A stretch of DNA of 64,000 bases, taken from NCBI GenBank assembly GCA_015231405.1, contig JADGBR010000009.1, forward strand, positions 25,423 through 89,422, written 5' to 3'. A program made the position numbers and the translations under genes. Each line of letters opens with the position of its first letter. Within the stretch, counting starts at the first letter, position 1. Positions 21,201 to 24,065 of this stretch are shown here, one piece after another. The stretch is from Candidatus Omnitrophota bacterium. Lineage in GTDB: Bacteria; Omnitrophota; Gorgyraeia; Tantalellales; Tantalellaceae. The notes under the pieces were generated by a model. It saw nothing but the letters and a program-made list of their open reading frames with translations, had not been told where the DNA came from and did not search any database.

Positions 21201-23538
21201 TGGCGTCTATTTCGACAACACCCCTCACGGAGTCTATGCTCATAACTTTCTGTTTGACCGTTCCATATTTGATCTCTAAGGCCTTACCGGCGAGGAACAT
21301 CTTTTCTTCCGCGCTTAATAGGCCCATCATATCCCCGACAACGGCGATCATTTTAGCGTCGAGCCCTGTTCCGGACAGCGAGATCCGTCCTCTGTCGTCG
21401 AACCGGCCGCTAAAAACACTTGTGCCGGCTCCCTTAGCCATTGCTACAGCGTTACCCTGGCCGGCCGCCCGCGCTTTTAATTGCCCGTGCCTTTCTTTTT
21501 CTTTAGTCGCCATTGTCCTGAATATATATTCGTTCCCCTCCTTATCCAAAGCTATTTCATCGGGCGAACCCTTGTCATCGTTCGATATCGTAGCGGTGCG
21601 GCCGAGCGCGAAAACACTTATGCCCCCGAGATAAGCTGCGAAAATCTCCGGAGTTACCCGGGCCATTGCACCTTCCTCGCTATAGGCACGTTCATAAGCG
21701 CGGGCCCACTCCGCCTTGGCCTCTTTTATATCCTTTCCTTCCAGCACCGCCGCGCCAAGCGCGCGGTATATCGCCCTATTAATTTTTGCGAATTCCCCGT
21801 CCCACTGGTCGAAGAACGCCGCTAGCGCCAGTTGATACTTTCCCGACTCAAGCACCTTCTCATAATCGCTTTTTTTCTTAGTCAATATCGCGATGTACGG
21901 CCTTTCCTTTCCGGGACCGTATTTGGGAACGACAACGAGATACGACAACCCGTTCTTTTTCATCAGCGACGTAAGCCCTTCCGAATGGAACCCGCCGCTT
22001 ACAAGCGCCGCTATCTTTTCACCTTTCGACCTCATTTCCTTCAAAGTGTTATTGAAGAGGACCTTGTTCCTCTTTTCGGCGTCGATGTAGAACTTCATCG
22101 CTGTCCCGAGAGCGCCGAATATTTCGGCGAGGTCATAACCCTGAACTATTCCCGCTCCAAGCTCCCGGCAATTCCTGTTTATATACTCCGCCCATTCTTC
22201 GGGCTTTAACCTTCCGAGTGAGGCGTTAATGCGCCTGAACTCGGGCTCGCTTATCTCCATCTCATACAGCTGCAAGAGGAGCCTCGCGAGCTCAAGCTTC
22301 TCGAACACCTCGCGTTCCCTGGCGCTCTTCATCAGCTTATCCCCGAGACCCGATTCAAGGCCGGCTATCTCGGAGTAAAGCCCCAGAAAATTAATCGATT
22401 CGTAAACGCCGATGTACTCGTTGAATTTCATCATATTCGCGTACCCGCAGAGCGAAATGCCCGACCTATTCGAGAGGTCGACGAGATAACCATGGAATTC
22501 GCTTTGCGCAATTTTTTTCTGTTTAAAAGCGACGGACTTAAGGACCAGCGTCTCGAGGTCCGTCCGCCCTATGGCCTTTGAAAGCGCATTGATAAGGGCC
22601 AGACGTTCGATATTCGCCTTTTCAAAATTTATTAGCTCTTCAAGCTCTACTGCCCTTATCAATTTTGATATCTGGACATACGGTGAAATGTCATATCCTG
22701 ACTTTTCGATGACGGGATATAACGCCTTCCAATACTCCTTGAAGCCCATATCTCCTTTTCTGTGAAGGAAGGCGGCATTATCGACCGTACTCATGTCAGC
22801 CGATAATATCCTTTCCCCGATCCCGGATATCTGCTCAACCAGTTTTTCCAGCTGAAAGCTCAATTTTGCCCTTTCCTCGACGACAGCACGGAAACTTTCC
22901 ACATTCTCCATATACAGCTCATTATCTTCGATGCCGTATAGAGCGATCTTCTTATCGCTGATTATCTGATAGAACTCGCAAGCGCTCATTAACCCTTCAT
23001 TCATGAGATGAGCGGCGGTCTCCTCTTTGATCTTCTCGTCCGGGAAAGTTCTCAGTATAGATGTATCGATATATCCCGTTGATCCCTCGATGGCGACCAG
23101 TGAAAGGTCATAATCCGTAACCAGCTTATCGACGAGAGCCGCTATTGAATACTGGGCCTCTATAGATGAATGAGCGTCCTGAATATTGACTATCGTCTCG
23201 CCGCCAGCATTAAGCGCCCTTTCCTTTATACTAGAGAGATCGTCAGGCAGGGATATGTCATATTTTTCGCGCCTGTCGATCTCTCCCGTCACTTTCGACC
23301 CTGATACTACCCACACGGGTTTACCATTCTCTGTCCAGCCGATCTCATTTTCAACGAATATTACCGATAAAATAATGGATACGATCTTAATAAATTTTTG
23401 ATTCCGGGCTTTCCATGTGCTGATAAGTATATTGTCGTTCTCCTCATCTCTACCTTCGATAGGTTTATCATGGAAGGGAATATTGATCTTTGAAAAAAAG
23501 ATCTTCAGAAGCCCTTTCTTTTCACAAATTGTTTTCAT
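1..23538 (-). CDS. Giant multidomain membrane protein (gene D). At least 7846 codons lie in the window and the 3' end lies beyond the window start
   Basis: The start is ATG at 23536-23538 on the minus strand. An AAGGAAG Shine-Dalgarno sits 7 nt upstream and an in-frame TGA lies at 23566-23568. The frame (codon first bases at coordinates divisible by 3) stays open down to position 1. The ORF track omits it, presumably because there is no stop in the window; only short antisense plus-strand ORFs cover this span. Hand translation was checked at more than 15 sites. Motifs recovered include [22 protein letters not shown] (start), [10 protein letters not shown] at 23190-23160, [13 protein letters not shown] at 22002-21961, [91 protein letters not shown] and [21 protein letters not shown] at 186-121. 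Confidence 0.85.
   Translation of the reverse strand, partial: [7846 protein letters not shown]
7900..9300 (-). repeat. Tandem ~160-aa protein repeats in D (motif YD(D/N)xxDPxxAY...[10 protein letters not shown]). The same repeat begins the visible part of C
   Basis: Translation of 8760-8701 gives [20 protein letters not shown] and of 8280-8221 gives [20 protein letters not shown]. C residues 7-35 read YDDLRAPSFAYVRIRDPLSRDTGKIFRVDV. Confidence 0.55.
10550..11400 (-). other. Domain in D: clan GH-A (GH5-like) glycoside hydrolase (beta/alpha)8-barrel-like domain
   Basis: [40 protein letters not shown] (11340-11221) matches the GH5 strand-1/2 signature GFNxVR(I/L)P. [11 protein letters not shown] was found in translation of 11160-11101 (about 11145-11113). 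[11 protein letters not shown] at 10968-10936 matches the GH5 acid/base region (L/F)ELxNEP. AIHHY and IAVWNWN follow downstream as expected for the family. Confidence 0.5.
12900..16000 (-). other. Long Lys/Glu/Ala/Arg-rich alpha-helical region in D, a predicted coiled coil of about 1000 aa
   Basis: Translation of 14220-14161 gives [20 protein letters not shown] and of 13620-13561 gives [20 protein letters not shown]. There is heptad-like charge periodicity and almost no Gly/Pro runs. Confidence 0.45.
16300..17850 (-). other. Polytopic transmembrane block in D, about 515 aa with roughly 10-12 hydrophobic helices, immediately after the SecA-like core
   Basis: Translation of 17160-17101 gives [20 protein letters not shown]. 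The surrounding translation is dominated by 18-25-residue hydrophobic stretches separated by short charged loops. Confidence 0.5.
17660..20060 (-). other. Domain in D: SecA-like preprotein-translocase ATPase core (NBF1, NBF2 and helical scaffold-like region)
   Basis: Direct translation gives Walker A PMGFGKT (19761-19741), [24 protein letters not shown] (19374-19300) and [40 protein letters not shown] (19020-18901). It also gives [24 protein letters not shown] (18480-18421) and an arginine-finger segment [12 protein letters not shown]. These match in order the SecA signatures [85 protein letters not shown] and RGRSGRQGDPG. Confidence 0.7.
21085..21099 (-). other. HEIGH (HExGH) zinc-metalloprotease-type motif in D, in a hydrophobic context
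   Basis: Direct translation of 21120-21061 gives [20 protein letters not shown]. The motif fits the HExGH of M50/S2P-type or M48-type intramembrane zinc proteases. A carries HELAEH (not canonical) at a roughly comparable position. Confidence 0.3.
21979..23331 (-). other. Domain in D: conserved N-terminal domain shared with A and B. It is tentatively TIKI/TraB/GumN-like and follows a signal-anchor helix
   Basis: D residues ~70-520. The stretch [45 protein letters not shown] is about 75% identical to A residues 86-130. The second His motif GGFHSEG (D) corresponds to GGYHADG (A) and GGFHTGG (B), matching the G-x-x-H-x-x-G pattern described for the TIKI/TraB/GumN superfamily. The family assignment is tentative. 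Confidence 0.45.
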
Positions 23539-23639
23539 ATGACACTTCCTTTTTATTACCTTTATTCATTAAATGTTTTAATAAGTTTTTAATTATTTTT
23601 AGCCTTAATTTTTCCTTATTATTGGAATTTATAAGGTCA

Positions 23640-23668
23640 TTATACTCCTTAGGCGATAAAAAAGTCAA
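23640..23668 (-). promoter_or_regulatory. Candidate sigma70-type promoter for gene D, TTGACT-17 bp-TATAAT
   Basis: On the minus strand the -35 TTGACT is the reverse complement of 23663-23668 and the -10 TATAAT is the reverse complement of 23640-23645, with a 17 bp spacer. The predicted start site near 23633 would give a ~95 nt 5' UTR to the ATG at 23538. The region 23539-23740 is strongly AT-rich. Confidence 0.4.
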
Positions 23669-23741
23669 AATAAATATTTCAACTTTTTTATTTTTTACTT
23701 CAACACGCCGATTATTAAAATACCTCAGTTCTTTTCTGAGT

Positions 23742-23769
23742 AGCGTCAAGAGACTAAGCCTGTCATTTT
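23742..23769. repeat. Left terminal inverted repeat (IR-L)
   Basis: gtcAAGAGACTAAGCCTGTCATTTTTCC. The core 25 nt are the perfect reverse complement of 25663-25687. Confidence 0.7.
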
Positions 23770-23845
23770 TCCCTGTGCTGCACGTCTGCACCGAGCGGGG
23801 TACGGACATCCTCTCCAAGCCTTCCCCCGGGAATTTCTTAACGCA

Positions 23846-24010
23846 TTTCACATGCCGTTTTTAGACCTTGCAAATTCACCCTCCTCCGTCTTCGGCTTCG
23901 GAGGGCGAGCTGCAAGCAAGGAGGTTGTCATAAAAACGGCATGCGAAATGCTAAAATTCCCGAAGGGGCCCCTTTGCTCTCCGAGGCTGTCCGCACCCCG
24001 TTTGATGCGT
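23846..24010. repeat. Nested-palindrome element, copy 1 (about 165 bp)
   Basis: A 13-bp perfect inner inverted repeat CATGCCGTTTTTA / TAAAAACGGCATG flanks a central hairpin CCCTCCGTCTTCGGCTTCGGAGGG, followed by TAAAATTCCCGAAGGGGCCCCTTTGC. The element is about 85% identical to the reverse complement of copy 2. Confidence 0.6.
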
Positions 24011-24065
24011 TTGAGAAGTTCGGTAAGGATCGCGTTAAGACCCTCTGGGATCCGCTATGTTCGTT

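Noticed and set aside
55-23500. Dozens of plus-strand ORFs of 60-368 aa across the gene D span in the supplied track (for example 5012..5926, 7612..8718, 10726..11340, 11683..12420).
   Set aside because: All lie antisense to a continuously open minus-strand reading frame that encodes recognisable domains. Their translations are low-complexity Ser/Pro/Arg-rich, as expected for shadow ORFs. None has a convincing ribosome-binding site.
23522-23851. Minus-strand 109-aa ORF overlapping the D promoter region and IR-L.
   Set aside because: The Lys/Asn-rich product comes from AT-rich sequence. It spans the IS inverted repeat and the D promoter and has no ribosome-binding site. It is probably spurious, though a leader peptide cannot be fully excluded.
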